Part shown: one piece after another, positions 1-8,330 of the stretch | Layout of the letters: every line of letters begins with the position of its first letter | Numbering within the stretch: the stretch's first letter is position 1 | DNA from: Candidatus Sumerlaeaceae bacterium | GTDB taxonomy: Bacteria; Sumerlaeota; Sumerlaeia; Sumerlaeales; Sumerlaeaceae | Length of the DNA stretch: 64,000 nt | Direction of reading: 5' to 3' | Assembly (NCBI GenBank): GCA_049968255.1 | Contig: JBMFRB010000002.1 | Span: forward strand, 256,001 to 320,000 | The notes under the pieces: generated by a model | Told to the model about the DNA's origin: nothing | Databases searched by the model: none | Seen by the model: the letters and a program-made list of their open reading frames with translations, nothing else | Position numbers and translations under genes: made by a program

Positions 1-461
1 TGATTGAGCGCTAATGCCAGCCGCTGAACCGGACTTGTGAGGCTCCCAAGAAGTCGCCCAAGAAGCACTTCGCGCGACGGCAGTTTTGACAGCTCAGCAA
101 TTTCCTCGGCCGTCAGCCGGCGATTGTCCATCAGGCCAACGACAATTTTGAGCTTTTCATTGTCCTTCGCGTACGTGACCAAGACTTTGGCTGGCGCTAC
201 GGGATCAGCCATACCCATGGCAATGGCTTTCATACCTTTAAGGTACTCCGGCAAGGGATCTAGTCCTGCTTCGCGCAAGGCAATTTGCGCCAGACGGTTC
301 TTCACGACTTTGAACTCCACCTGCTCCTTGCGGAGCCTGCTACGAAGTTCAGTCATCTCGGCCACTGTCATCCCTTGATATTCAGCCACAACGAGCGACT
401 TCGAGCGCTGGAGCTTTTCTTTGAGCTTTTGTACGGCTTCGACTTTTTGCGGTTTCGGCAA
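1..461 (-). CDS. rplJ: 50S ribosomal protein L10 (runs off the left edge; missing from the ORF track)
   Basis: Manual translation from TTG at 461: MPKPQKVEAVQKLKEKLQRSKSLVVAEYQGMTVAEMTELRSRLRKEQVEFKVVKNRLAQIAL...LSKLPSREVLLGRLLGSL. Strong SD AGGAGGTGA at 475-467. Confidence 0.95.
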   Translation of the reverse strand, partial: MPKPQKVEAVQKLKEKLQRSKSLVVAEYQGMTVAEMTELRSRLRKEQVEFKVVKNRLAQIALREAGLDPLPEYLKGMKAIAMGMADPVAPAKVLVTYAKDNEKLKIVVGLMDNRRLTAEEIAELSKLPSREVLLGRLLGSLTSPVQRLALALN

Positions 462-529
462 GCGACTCACCTCCTTTCGTGCGTTTGGGGCTTTCGCCTA
501 GCGACACTGCTTTGACGCACTGGTGGCGA

Positions 530-685
530 CGATCCCCATGTGCACGTGGAGGCCTGTCTGATAGGGGCGGGCCTGTCAGGTGCAAGGGACCGCAGAAAAC
601 ACGATTGCCTGGCGAGCAATCCACCGTCACGTCTCGGCAGGGGCATTTTACGGGAGCATGCTCCCGACCTGCTGTCTTGGACGCA
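530..685 (-). promoter_or_regulatory. L10 leader (autoregulatory RNA upstream of rplJ); boundaries approximate
   Basis: Minus strand reads CCAAGACAGCAGG-TCGGGAGCATGCTCCCG-TAAAA-TGCCCCTGCCGAGA, the AAGAC.G.AGG...UAA...CCU.CCGAG pattern of the L10 leader, directly upstream of rplJ. Confidence 0.85.
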
Positions 686-840
686 GCCCTTTTCTGCAAT
701 CCATTCGGCCGTTCTTGATTTGAGCGACCGCTCGTTCATACGGAGAAGATGTCTTGCTTATTCATCTGAAGGATACCTTTTGTCCCTGCGACGCTGATCT
801 GCTTCTAGTTTTTGGCCAAGTGATTTTCGTGCAATGAGAG

Positions 841-846
841 TATAAT
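841..846 (+). promoter_or_regulatory. Sigma-70 -10 element for the 6S RNA
   Basis: Perfect TATAAT ending 5 nt before the predicted 6S 5' end; no clear -35. Confidence 0.6.
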
Positions 847-851
847 TGCGA

Positions 852-1037
852 CGGAGCCTCTGCAACGTTAGTACAAGCTCGACGCTCATTGAGCCAACGT
901 GTGAATGAGAGGGAGCCTTATATCGCGCCATGGACGTCACGCCCTTGGCTCAGGGACTTCGGAAGTGGCGGTGCGGGCACCCACCTGATGAGAGAAGGTT
1001 CAATAGACACGGCTTCTACGGCGGAGCGGAGGCTCCG
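852..1037 (+). ncRNA. ssrS: 6S RNA
   Basis: About 186 nt. Terminal stem CGGAGCCTCTGC / GCGGAGGCTCCG; internal TTGAGCC...GGTTCAA pairing; GGGAGC and GCGGGCACCCACCTG motifs typical of 6S RNAs. Confidence 0.85.
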
Positions 1038-1115
1038 GCTTTGGCTTTGCCCACAAGCATGCATCTCGCACACTTGAACTTGCCCTACATTGCCTTGGTT
1101 TGGGATAATCCGCTC

Positions 1116-3446
1116 ATGCCGCGTAAGAAGAGAGAAACGAAAGATTCAGAGCAGCCTTTGGAACCGCAAGCCGCAAAGCTTTTCTCGGACAATTCATCCT
1201 CCCTAGAAAACGAGAGTCTTTTTGCTGTTCCGGACGAAGGCAAAGTTAGGCTCGGAGCTGGGGAGGCCGCCGAAGATGAGAAGGTCCAAGAGCTCTCCGA
1301 AGAAACTGGGCCCGAGTTATTTAGCGCAACTTCGCTAGACGAGAGCGCATTGCTCGTCAGCGCAAGAAGCGAAAAACGGAAGGGCTATGTGGTTCTCGCG
1401 CGGCGTTATCGGCCACAGACCTTTGACGATTTGGTTGGTCAAGAACATGTGCGGGAAGCATTGCGCCGTGCCATCCTCGAAGGCGAAGTTGCCCATGCGT
1501 ACTTATTTAGTGGACCACGTGGAACCGGAAAGACGTCCACGGCGCGTATTCTGGCCAAATCCCTCAATTGCCAAGAAAGTGGCCCGCGTCCTGACCCGTG
1601 TGGGCGTTGTGCCTCTTGTCGTGCCATTGCCGCGGGGAGCAGTCTCGACGTGATCGAGATTGATGCTGCGTCAAACACAGGCGTGGACAACATAAGAGAT
1701 CTTCGCGCCGGCGTTGTTTTAGCTCCGTTTTTCCGATATAAAGTTTATATTATTGACGAAGTGCACATGCTGTCGATGCAGGCTTTCAACGCCCTGCTCA
1801 AGACGTTAGAGGAACCGCCACCGCGCGTGATCTTTGTGATGGCGACCACGGAGTTGCATAAAGTTCCGCCGACAATCATCTCCCGCTGCCAATGTTTTCA
1901 GTTCAAGCGCTTCACAACGCAGCAGATTGTCGAGCATTTAGACAGGATACTGGAGAAAGAAGCTGCTGAACGCGGGATTGCTGTGAATCCAGGGGAGAAG
2001 CGCCGCATTTTGGAGCTAATCGCGCAAACGGCGGAAGGCGGGATGCGCGATGCACAGGTAGCCCTCGATCAAATTCTGGTTCTGTGCCGGGAGAGACTGG
2101 ACTATGAAACCGTGCGGCGCTTTTTGGGCGGCGTCCAATCCAGCGTCGTAGAGAAATTTGTTCGGGCGATTTTTGAACGAAAGACGGATGAGCTCCTGCT
2201 GCTACTCGATGAAGTGGTTTCTGTGGGGATGGATCTTGAGCGGTTTGTCAAAAATACCGCGGAATATCTCAGGAACCTTCTTATTGTTCGACAGGTGGGG
2301 AAAGAGTCTGCGCTTCTGGATTATCCGGAAGACAAATTAGCCACCATGGAGAAAGTCGCGCAGGAATGCTCTATAAGTCGTCTGGTGAATCTTTGCAATT
2401 CTTTCATTGAACTTGTGGACAAGGTCAAAACGATGAGTGCTGCCCGGTTTCTTCTCGAACTGGAAATCGTGCGCCTGACCTGCCTCGATCCTGAGGATGA
2501 TTTGAGCAAACTCGTGCAAGCGTTGAAGTCCTTGGAGAAGGGTAGCGCGTGGAGGGGGGGAAGCGTAGGATCGTTCACAGCGTTGGCTGCGAATGCAACT
2601 CCAGCGAGTGTGTCGGCATCGATTCCGGCGAGCGTCCCGGAATTGAGTCCGTCGGTGCGAGCACGTCGGGCGACTGTCAGCGAGGCCCCCCGGGATCTTC
2701 CAAGCGAACGTACGATTGATCGAGAGCCAGATGTCCCCGCCACCTCCCAAGCATCTCGCCCTTTGCTGGCTTCAGAGGATGAGCCACGATTAGTAGTCGA
2801 GGACGGGCCGTTGCCACCGGAATTAGTCGAGCGATTATGCGCCGCTGCTACTCAAAAGCCGTTGAACCTAGTCTTGCCGCGAGTGCGAGCATGGATTCTT
2901 AGTGGCAGCTTTCTGGTGCTCCGCGTCGACCCGGCTGAGCGTTTCGATTTCGACGTACTTAATCGGCCGAATAATCAGAAAATATTGATTGGGTACTTTC
3001 GGCGCCTTACAGGGCGCGTCGTCGAGCTCCGGATTGAGCATGACTCGCCCGGAACGCAGGAAGAACCGGACAGGGTATCAGAGAACCTCCGAGCTAAAGC
3101 AGATCTCGAAATGCGTGAGGAGCGAAGTGAGGAAGCGGCGCAGTTTGTTCAGCACAAAGATCAGTTGCTTGCGGCGCGCAAGGAAGAGGAGGGTGCCCAA
3201 ATTGAGAGCGATGATGAAGCTGATCATCGCGAAGATGTGAGCGAGAATTTAGAAGATCAGCCATTGGACGAGATATTGGATGTTGAGAGAATTCGTCGTC
3301 AGTACCAGCCGGCGTTGAAGGGAAAAAAGCTCAAAACGTTCTTGCAAGACAAACCGGTTGTTGCCGAGATCATCGAGCAGTTTAAACAAGTTTTTGGTGT
3401 CGGTGACGACGCCTTCTCATTCAAACCCCATCAGGTTGAGGATTGA
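1116..3446 (+). CDS. dnaX: DNA polymerase III subunit gamma/tau (start moved from 930 to ATG 1116)
   Basis: LARRYRPQTFDDLVGQ, Walker A GPRGTGKT, zinc-binding cysteines, EIDAASN, IIDEVHML, SRC motif. The 930 start would overlap the 6S RNA. Confidence 0.95.
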   Translation: MPRKKRETKDSEQPLEPQAAKLFSDNSSSLENESLFAVPDEGKVRLGAGEAAEDEKVQELSEETGPELFSATSLDESALLVSARSEKRKGYVVLARRYRPQTFDDLVGQEHVREALRRAILEGEVAHAYLFSGPRGTGKTSTARILAKSLNCQESGPRPDPCGRCASCRAIAAGSSLDVIEIDAASNTGVDNIRDLRAGVVLAPFFRYKVYIIDEVHMLSMQAFNALLKTLEEPPPRVIFVMATTELHKVPPTIISRCQCFQFKRFTTQQIVEHLDRILEKEAAERGIAVNPGEKRRILELIAQTAEGGMRDAQVALDQILVLCRERLDYETVRRFLGGVQSSVVEKFVRAIFERKTDELLLLLDEVVSVGMDLERFVKNTAEYLRNLLIVRQVGKESALLDYPEDKLATMEKVAQECSISRLVNLCNSFIELVDKVKTMSAARFLLELEIVRLTCLDPEDDLSKLVQALKSLEKGSAWRGGSVGSFTALAANATPASVSASIPASVPELSPSVRARRATVSEAPRDLPSERTIDREPDVPATSQASRPLLASEDEPRLVVEDGPLPPELVERLCAAATQKPLNLVLPRVRAWILSGSFLVLRVDPAERFDFDVLNRPNNQKILIGYFRRLTGRVVELRIEHDSPGTQEEPDRVSENLRAKADLEMREERSEEAAQFVQHKDQLLAARKEEEGAQIESDDEADHREDVSENLEDQPLDEILDVERIRRQYQPALKGKKLKTFLQDKPVVAEIIEQFKQVFGVGDDAFSFKPHQVED

Positions 3447-3449
3447 TCT

Positions 3450-3761
3450 ATGTTCGATTTGCGGCAGATCCAGAAGATGCAGAAAGAATTGCAGGAGCGG
3501 ATGGAACGTGTGCGTGAGGAGCTTAAGCAGAAAACGGTAGAGGCTTCCTCGGGTGGTGGTATGGTGACAGCGGTCGCGAATGGTGGGCAGGAAATTGTTG
3601 CCATAAAAATCAAAAAGGACGCCGTAGATCCAGATGATATCGAGATGCTCGAGGACTTGGTTGTTGCGGCCGTGAATTTAGCTCTCGAAAAGTCGCGGGC
3701 TTTGAACGAGGAGGAAATTTCCAAACTCACTGGCGGTCTAAAGATCCCAGGTTTCTTCTAG
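3450..3761 (+). CDS. ybaB: YbaB/EbfC nucleoid-associated protein
   Basis: SSGGGMV, DIEMLEDLVVAAVN; canonical position after dnaX. Confidence 0.95.
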   Translation: MFDLRQIQKMQKELQERMERVREELKQKTVEASSGGGMVTAVANGGQEIVAIKIKKDAVDPDDIEMLEDLVVAAVNLALEKSRALNEEEISKLTGGLKIPGFF

Positions 3762-3779
3762 GACGCTTGCGAGGAAGAC

Positions 3780-4694
3780 CTAGCGAATGTATCGTCGCAT
3801 GATGCTCATCGCCTGGTGGAGATAACCGCCACCGAAGAGGTAAGCGTGGTTCAATAGGTGATAAAGATTGTAGATTGCAAAACGTTCGCGATAGCCGTCA
3901 GACAGAGGGAGAATCTCGCCGTAGATCTTGTAGAAATGCGGTGAAAACCCACCGAAAAGCTCAGTCATGGCCAGGTCCGCTTCGCGGTGTCCGAAGTAGC
4001 ATGCGGGATCAATCAGGGCTGGCTTGCCATCGGAGTCACACATGACATTGCCCCCCCACAGATCTCCATGAAGCAGAACGGGTTGTGCCTCTGCATCCAC
4101 AAGGAGATCGTCGAGCCGGTTGAGAAACTGCAGCCACAGTTTAGCATCGTCGCTGGAGATCTTTCCCGAGCCACAAAGTAACTTAACCATGTGCTCAAGG
4201 CGACGGCTACGGAAAAACTCCACCCAAGAGTTCAGCCATTCGTTCGATTGCGGAGTTGTTCCAATATAGTTATCGTGATAGAAACCGAAGGCTGGCCCGC
4301 AAAAACGATGCATTTCGGCCAAGCCAGCCGCTAATTCTTCGTCAAATTTATCGCGCGACACACGCCGTTGGGTTCGGCTGGGGTTAGCCAAATCTTCGAG
4401 CACCAAGAATGCAGGGGTCTCTGCAGTGGGTTCACCAACCAGGATTGGTGTGGGAACTCTGAGTGAGGTGGCCTTTTGCATCGCGAGGAGCCCTTCCGCC
4501 TCGCAACCAAACATGTTTGCCGGTGCGCACGAATTCCATTTTACAAAAAAGGTTGCTCCGTCGTCGAGATAGACGCGTAGAGCCGAATTGATGCAACCTC
4601 CCCCGGCGGGGTCATATCTCGTGATCTCGACGGGTCTGCCCAGCACCGCCGTAAATTCGGATGTTAATCTGTTAATAAGCTTACTCGTGTTCAC
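3780..4694 (-). CDS. Fructosamine/ribulosamine kinase family protein (likely GTG start at 4694)
   Basis: GGGCIN, FFVK, FGFYHDNYIGTTPQ, LLHGDLWGGN, IDPACYFGHREADLAM. Confidence 0.9.
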   Translation of the reverse strand: MNTSKLINRLTSEFTAVLGRPVEITRYDPAGGGCINSALRVYLDDGATFFVKWNSCAPANMFGCEAEGLLAMQKATSLRVPTPILVGEPTAETPAFLVLEDLANPSRTQRRVSRDKFDEELAAGLAEMHRFCGPAFGFYHDNYIGTTPQSNEWLNSWVEFFRSRRLEHMVKLLCGSGKISSDDAKLWLQFLNRLDDLLVDAEAQPVLLHGDLWGGNVMCDSDGKPALIDPACYFGHREADLAMTELFGGFSPHFYKIYGEILPLSDGYRERFAIYNLYHLLNHAYLFGGGYLHQAMSIMRRYIR

Positions 4695-5244
4695 ACACGA
4701 CCTTACCTTGCGTGAGTGTTTCGAGCAGGGCGACGCAACCCTTTTCAATAAGGTCCATAACCTCTTCAAAGCCGTCCTGAGTGCTCCAATACGGATCCGG
4801 GACATCCAAGCCGCGATGGGAACTCTGCATGAAATCGGTAAACAGGCATAGCTTCGCAGACGAATAGCCGTTGAGTCGCATCTTGGCAAACGTTCGGAGG
4901 CTTTCCAAAACCTCTCTGTCCATCGCCAGAATAAGATCAAATGTGCGGAAATCGTTCTCGGTCACGGGGCGCGAACGGTGAGTTAGGACGTATCCGCGTC
5001 TTATTGCTGCATGTTGCATTCGTGGATCCGGCAATTCGCCTTTGTGGTAATCGAGTATCCCTGCGCTATCGACTTCAAATCGCTCCGAGATGCCCATTTT
5101 TTCCACAAGCCCAATAAATACGGCGTGGGCAGCAGGGGAGCGGCAAATGTTGCCGAGACACACAAAAAGAATTTTCACGGGTTTGGTAGGGTTCAAGTCT
5201 GCCTCCTGACACATGGTTTCGCCAGGGTTTACAAATTGGGCCAA
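4681..5244 (-). CDS. Low-molecular-weight protein-tyrosine phosphatase
   Basis: P-loop FVCLGNICRSP, DSAG, DVPDPY. Confidence 0.93.
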   Translation of the reverse strand: MAQFVNPGETMCQEADLNPTKPVKILFVCLGNICRSPAAHAVFIGLVEKMGISERFEVDSAGILDYHKGELPDPRMQHAAIRRGYVLTHRSRPVTENDFRTFDLILAMDREVLESLRTFAKMRLNGYSSAKLCLFTDFMQSSHRGLDVPDPYWSTQDGFEEVMDLIEKGCVALLETLTQGKVVCEHE

Positions 5245-5253
5245 CGAATGCTT

Positions 5254-7311
5254 CTACTTCGGGCTATGGTTACGCGAGGATATTGCTTTGATGCGGGCAT
5301 AGTGATCGAGAATGGCTGTTGCAGCTTCTTGCGCTGAAATAAGCAACATCGCATGGTTTTCAGGAAGGCCACATTGTTCGCGAGCCGAGAGATATTCGAC
5401 AGGCGAGCGCATGTACGCGTGCAAGTGGATGTCATGCCATGCTCCCCACCGGTGTTCAGGCACTGCACCATAGAGCGTAAATGTCGGTGTGCGCGTCGCA
5501 TAGGCAATGTGTTTAGGGCCGCTGCAAGGGCCTATGGCTAACTGCGCAAAAGCGATCAAGGCAACTAACTCATCAATAGGAAGCCCAAGGCAATCGAAGC
5601 AGCGCTGGGCCGGCAATCTCTTTATCATCTCCTGCGCTGCTGGCCGCGCTTGTTCTGTGCCGATGAAGCATACCGACAGATCGGTCTCTGTCAGCAACCG
5701 CCGTGACACAAATTCCCAGCTTTCCAAGGGCCAGCGTTTCATTTCGAGAGCCGTATCAATGTGAATCGTTGCAAATGCCGTGTCCTTGAGTTGGGGCAAG
5801 CGATTGTTCAATCGTTCCACAGCTTCTCGGGTGGGGGAGAGTCGGGGAGGCTTGAGTGATCCTGCAAGCGGCCATAGCGAGACGAGCTCTAAGAGATTGA
5901 GGATTTCGTGTTGGTCAAAGCGCTTTTCTACTCGTCGGGCCGCGTAATAGTAATCTGCGGCACGGCTGAATCCGACATCGTGGCTGAACGAGATGCCCCG
6001 TAACGACAAAATCTTTCGCCACAAACGTGAAGGGCCAAAATGGTAGTACGGCACAAAATTTATCTCGCTGCTCCAGAGGGCGAAAGCGGCAACAAGTTCT
6101 TCTGAGGGCTGATGAGTCCCCACCACGGTCACAAGTGGCGACGTAGGGGAGAAGAGGTCGGGAAAACGTGTCCAAACCAAAATGTTTGCTTCTGGCCAGT
6201 TTGCCTGAAGGAGATCTACAATGGGGAGTAGCAAGATCGTATCGCCAAGATATGTGGGCGCAGCGATGAGGATGTGATGCGGTGGATCAGGTACGCGAAA
6301 CGGGGGACGAAGTTGACGAATAATTCGCAGCTTGGTTTCCCCAGCAAATCGGCGCGCAGTGCGGGCAGCAATGCGTGGAGCGAGGGCGAGAGCAACGCGG
6401 GAAGCAGACACGTTCTGAGAAGTCTTCAAATATGCGAGTTGGCGAGCACTCCAAATGATTTTTTCTGAGAATCGAGCGAGTGGCGAGTCCAGAAAGTGAA
6501 GGGGGTGTGCGAGGTCATAAGCGATTTGCTCGACTAGAGCGTTCTTCTCCAGGGTAGCCCGTCTTTCGTCCGGCTCTCGTTGCCATGCTGCAATGCCGTC
6601 GCTCCTTGCGCGGAGTAAAATTTCCCTCAGTGAAAATCGGAAATCGGGCACCGCATGGAAAACAGTAAGCTGTGGTCTAACGACGGCTTTGATTCCGTTT
6701 CGCCTGAGCTCCGCCCACCATTGTGCGTCTTCTCTGCCTCCGATGTACTTCTGTGTGGAAGAGAGGGATGCACCGCGGACTTCCTTGAAAGGGAAGCGCT
6801 CAAAAAGCTCGTGTTTCGCCGCCATATTCGCTGTAGCTGGATAGTTATCCTCTCGTTTTTCCAAGAAACCCAACGGCGACATGCCGGCGCACCAAGCAAT
6901 TTCCGGACTCCAGAAGATTGGATAGCGATAAAGAAAATAGGGGAGCACGCTTCCGCCGACCGCCTGCGCTCGGGTAAGATTGGTGCGGATTTTTGCAAGA
7001 CAGTCGTGGGCAGGAATACAGTCGTCGTCGAAGAAAACGACGCATTCGCATTGCGCGTGTGCAAGCGCGACATTACGTGCGGCGGCAAAATCGAGGTGTT
7101 TCGAGTCCAGAAAAAAATAGTGGATAGGCGGAGAAAGGGTTCGAAGCCATTCACGAGTGCCATCAGATGAGCCCGTATCTACGATAATTACTTCGTCATA
7201 TGGACCGAGCTGGGAGAGGATGGCAGCAATAACCGACTGTAACTTGCCGAAACGATTGCAAGTGAGGATGATCACAGAAACACAACCTGTTGTCTGCGTT
7301 TGCCTTGTCAT
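5254..7311 (-). CDS. Fused glycosyltransferase: N-terminal GT2 plus C-terminal GT9 (heptosyltransferase-like)
   Basis: N-terminus VSVII, VDTGSSDGT, AARN, FFDDD; C-terminus YLGDTIL, KRWP, SGPKHIAYA. Confidence 0.8.
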   Translation of the reverse strand: MTRQTQTTGCVSVIILTCNRFGKLQSVIAAILSQLGPYDEVIIVDTGSSDGTREWLRTLSPPIHYFFLDSKHLDFAAARNVALAHAQCECVVFFDDDCIPAHDCLAKIRTNLTRAQAVGGSVLPYFLYRYPIFWSPEIAWCAGMSPLGFLEKREDNYPATANMAAKHELFERFPFKEVRGASLSSTQKYIGGREDAQWWAELRRNGIKAVVRPQLTVFHAVPDFRFSLREILLRARSDGIAAWQREPDERRATLEKNALVEQIAYDLAHPLHFLDSPLARFSEKIIWSARQLAYLKTSQNVSASRVALALAPRIAARTARRFAGETKLRIIRQLRPPFRVPDPPHHILIAAPTYLGDTILLLPIVDLLQANWPEANILVWTRFPDLFSPTSPLVTVVGTHQPSEELVAAFALWSSEINFVPYYHFGPSRLWRKILSLRGISFSHDVGFSRAADYYYAARRVEKRFDQHEILNLLELVSLWPLAGSLKPPRLSPTREAVERLNNRLPQLKDTAFATIHIDTALEMKRWPLESWEFVSRRLLTETDLSVCFIGTEQARPAAQEMIKRLPAQRCFDCLGLPIDELVALIAFAQLAIGPCSGPKHIAYATRTPTFTLYGAVPEHRWGAWHDIHLHAYMRSPVEYLSAREQCGLPENHAMLLISAQEAATAILDHYARIKAISSRNHSPK

Positions 7312-7366
7312 GCCTCTATGGACTCAATCCCACTTCTGCGAGGTGTTTTTGTTGGCTTCATGGCTC

Positions 7367-8308
7367 CTAGCAAAGTATCCCACGGTTCTCAAATTTGGCG
7401 AAAATTTCAGCGTCTGTTCTCTTCCACCATTTTTTGCGTTTTTCTCGTAACTTGTAAAGCTGGGGAAATCTGGCGATTGCTTGCCACGTCCCTGTCCATT
7501 CGGATTTACGTCCTTCTCTCACATAGGAGGCAAGCTTGGTCGGAATTGGAGAGCAGGCGGCTCGGATAAATTGGGGATCAGAAAAGTTAAGCCACTGAAA
7601 AAGCAACGCATTTCGCATTTTGATTTCTTTGATTCGCTGGGCTCCGTAAGCGCGTTTCATGCTGCCTTGCCCAACGTGGAGACCGACGGCGTGTGGATTG
7701 TAAATGTTTCGCCAGCCAGCTTTCCATGCTAGGTACGCTAGATCGTAATCTTCCCAGTATCCTGGATGGAAAATTGGAGCAAAACCCCCAAACTCCAGAA
7801 ATTCTTTGCGGCGAACAGCGCAAGAACCCCCTTGAAAAAACATGGTTTCACTAACGTCTCTGGAATCTTCGTATGCCAAACGCATCTGTCCCTGAAACAA
7901 TTTTACTAGCATGTTAACGTGATTAGGTTCGCCGGTATACCAGTCGATAGTTCTGCCACTTACTGCGAAAATGTCCGACTTCGTCGCTAGAGGCGCAATA
8001 AGTTCCCCCACCATCTGCTCGCGGGGGGAGAGATCATTGTTGAATAAGACGACAATGGAGGCGCGCGCGGCTTCGATGCCGCGATTTACGGAAGCTCCAA
8101 AACCCAGATTTCTAGAGTTGCGCAGCAGACGAGTGTTCGGCCAACGGTCTTCGATTCCGTCAGCACTTCCGTCAGTGCTGGCATCGTCGACCACGATGAT
8201 CTCAAATGGTTTGCCAGTGGCCTGAGCGGAGAGCACCGTCGCGCTGAGGCACCGCTGAAGAAAAGCGGCTCCATTCCAGTTTGGAATTATGATCGAAAAT
8301 TCTGGCAT
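7367..8308 (-). CDS. Glycosyltransferase family 2 (likely ATG 8308)
   Basis: FSIIIPNWNG, VVDDASTDGS, NLGFG, NND, YWEDYDL. Confidence 0.88.
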   Translation of the reverse strand: MPEFSIIIPNWNGAAFLQRCLSATVLSAQATGKPFEIIVVDDASTDGSADGIEDRWPNTRLLRNSRNLGFGASVNRGIEAARASIVVLFNNDLSPREQMVGELIAPLATKSDIFAVSGRTIDWYTGEPNHVNMLVKLFQGQMRLAYEDSRDVSETMFFQGGSCAVRRKEFLEFGGFAPIFHPGYWEDYDLAYLAWKAGWRNIYNPHAVGLHVGQGSMKRAYGAQRIKEIKMRNALLFQWLNFSDPQFIRAACSPIPTKLASYVREGRKSEWTGTWQAIARFPQLYKLREKRKKWWKRTDAEIFAKFENRGILC

Positions 8309-8330
8309 CACGGTGAATACAGGTACCTCG

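Noticed and set aside
852-1037. SRP RNA or tRNA-Ser upstream of dnaX
   Set aside because: There is no SRP domain IV motif (CAGG..GGAAG.AGCAG) and no cloverleaf; the motifs fit 6S instead.
930-1115. ORF-track N-terminal extension of dnaX
   Set aside because: It overlaps the 6S RNA and a plausible dnaX promoter.
3323-3329. In-frame A AAA AAG heptamer in dnaX, identical to the E. coli -1 frameshift site
   Set aside because: It lies about 40 codons from the C-terminus, so it cannot generate a gamma subunit, and I see no obvious stimulatory hairpin.
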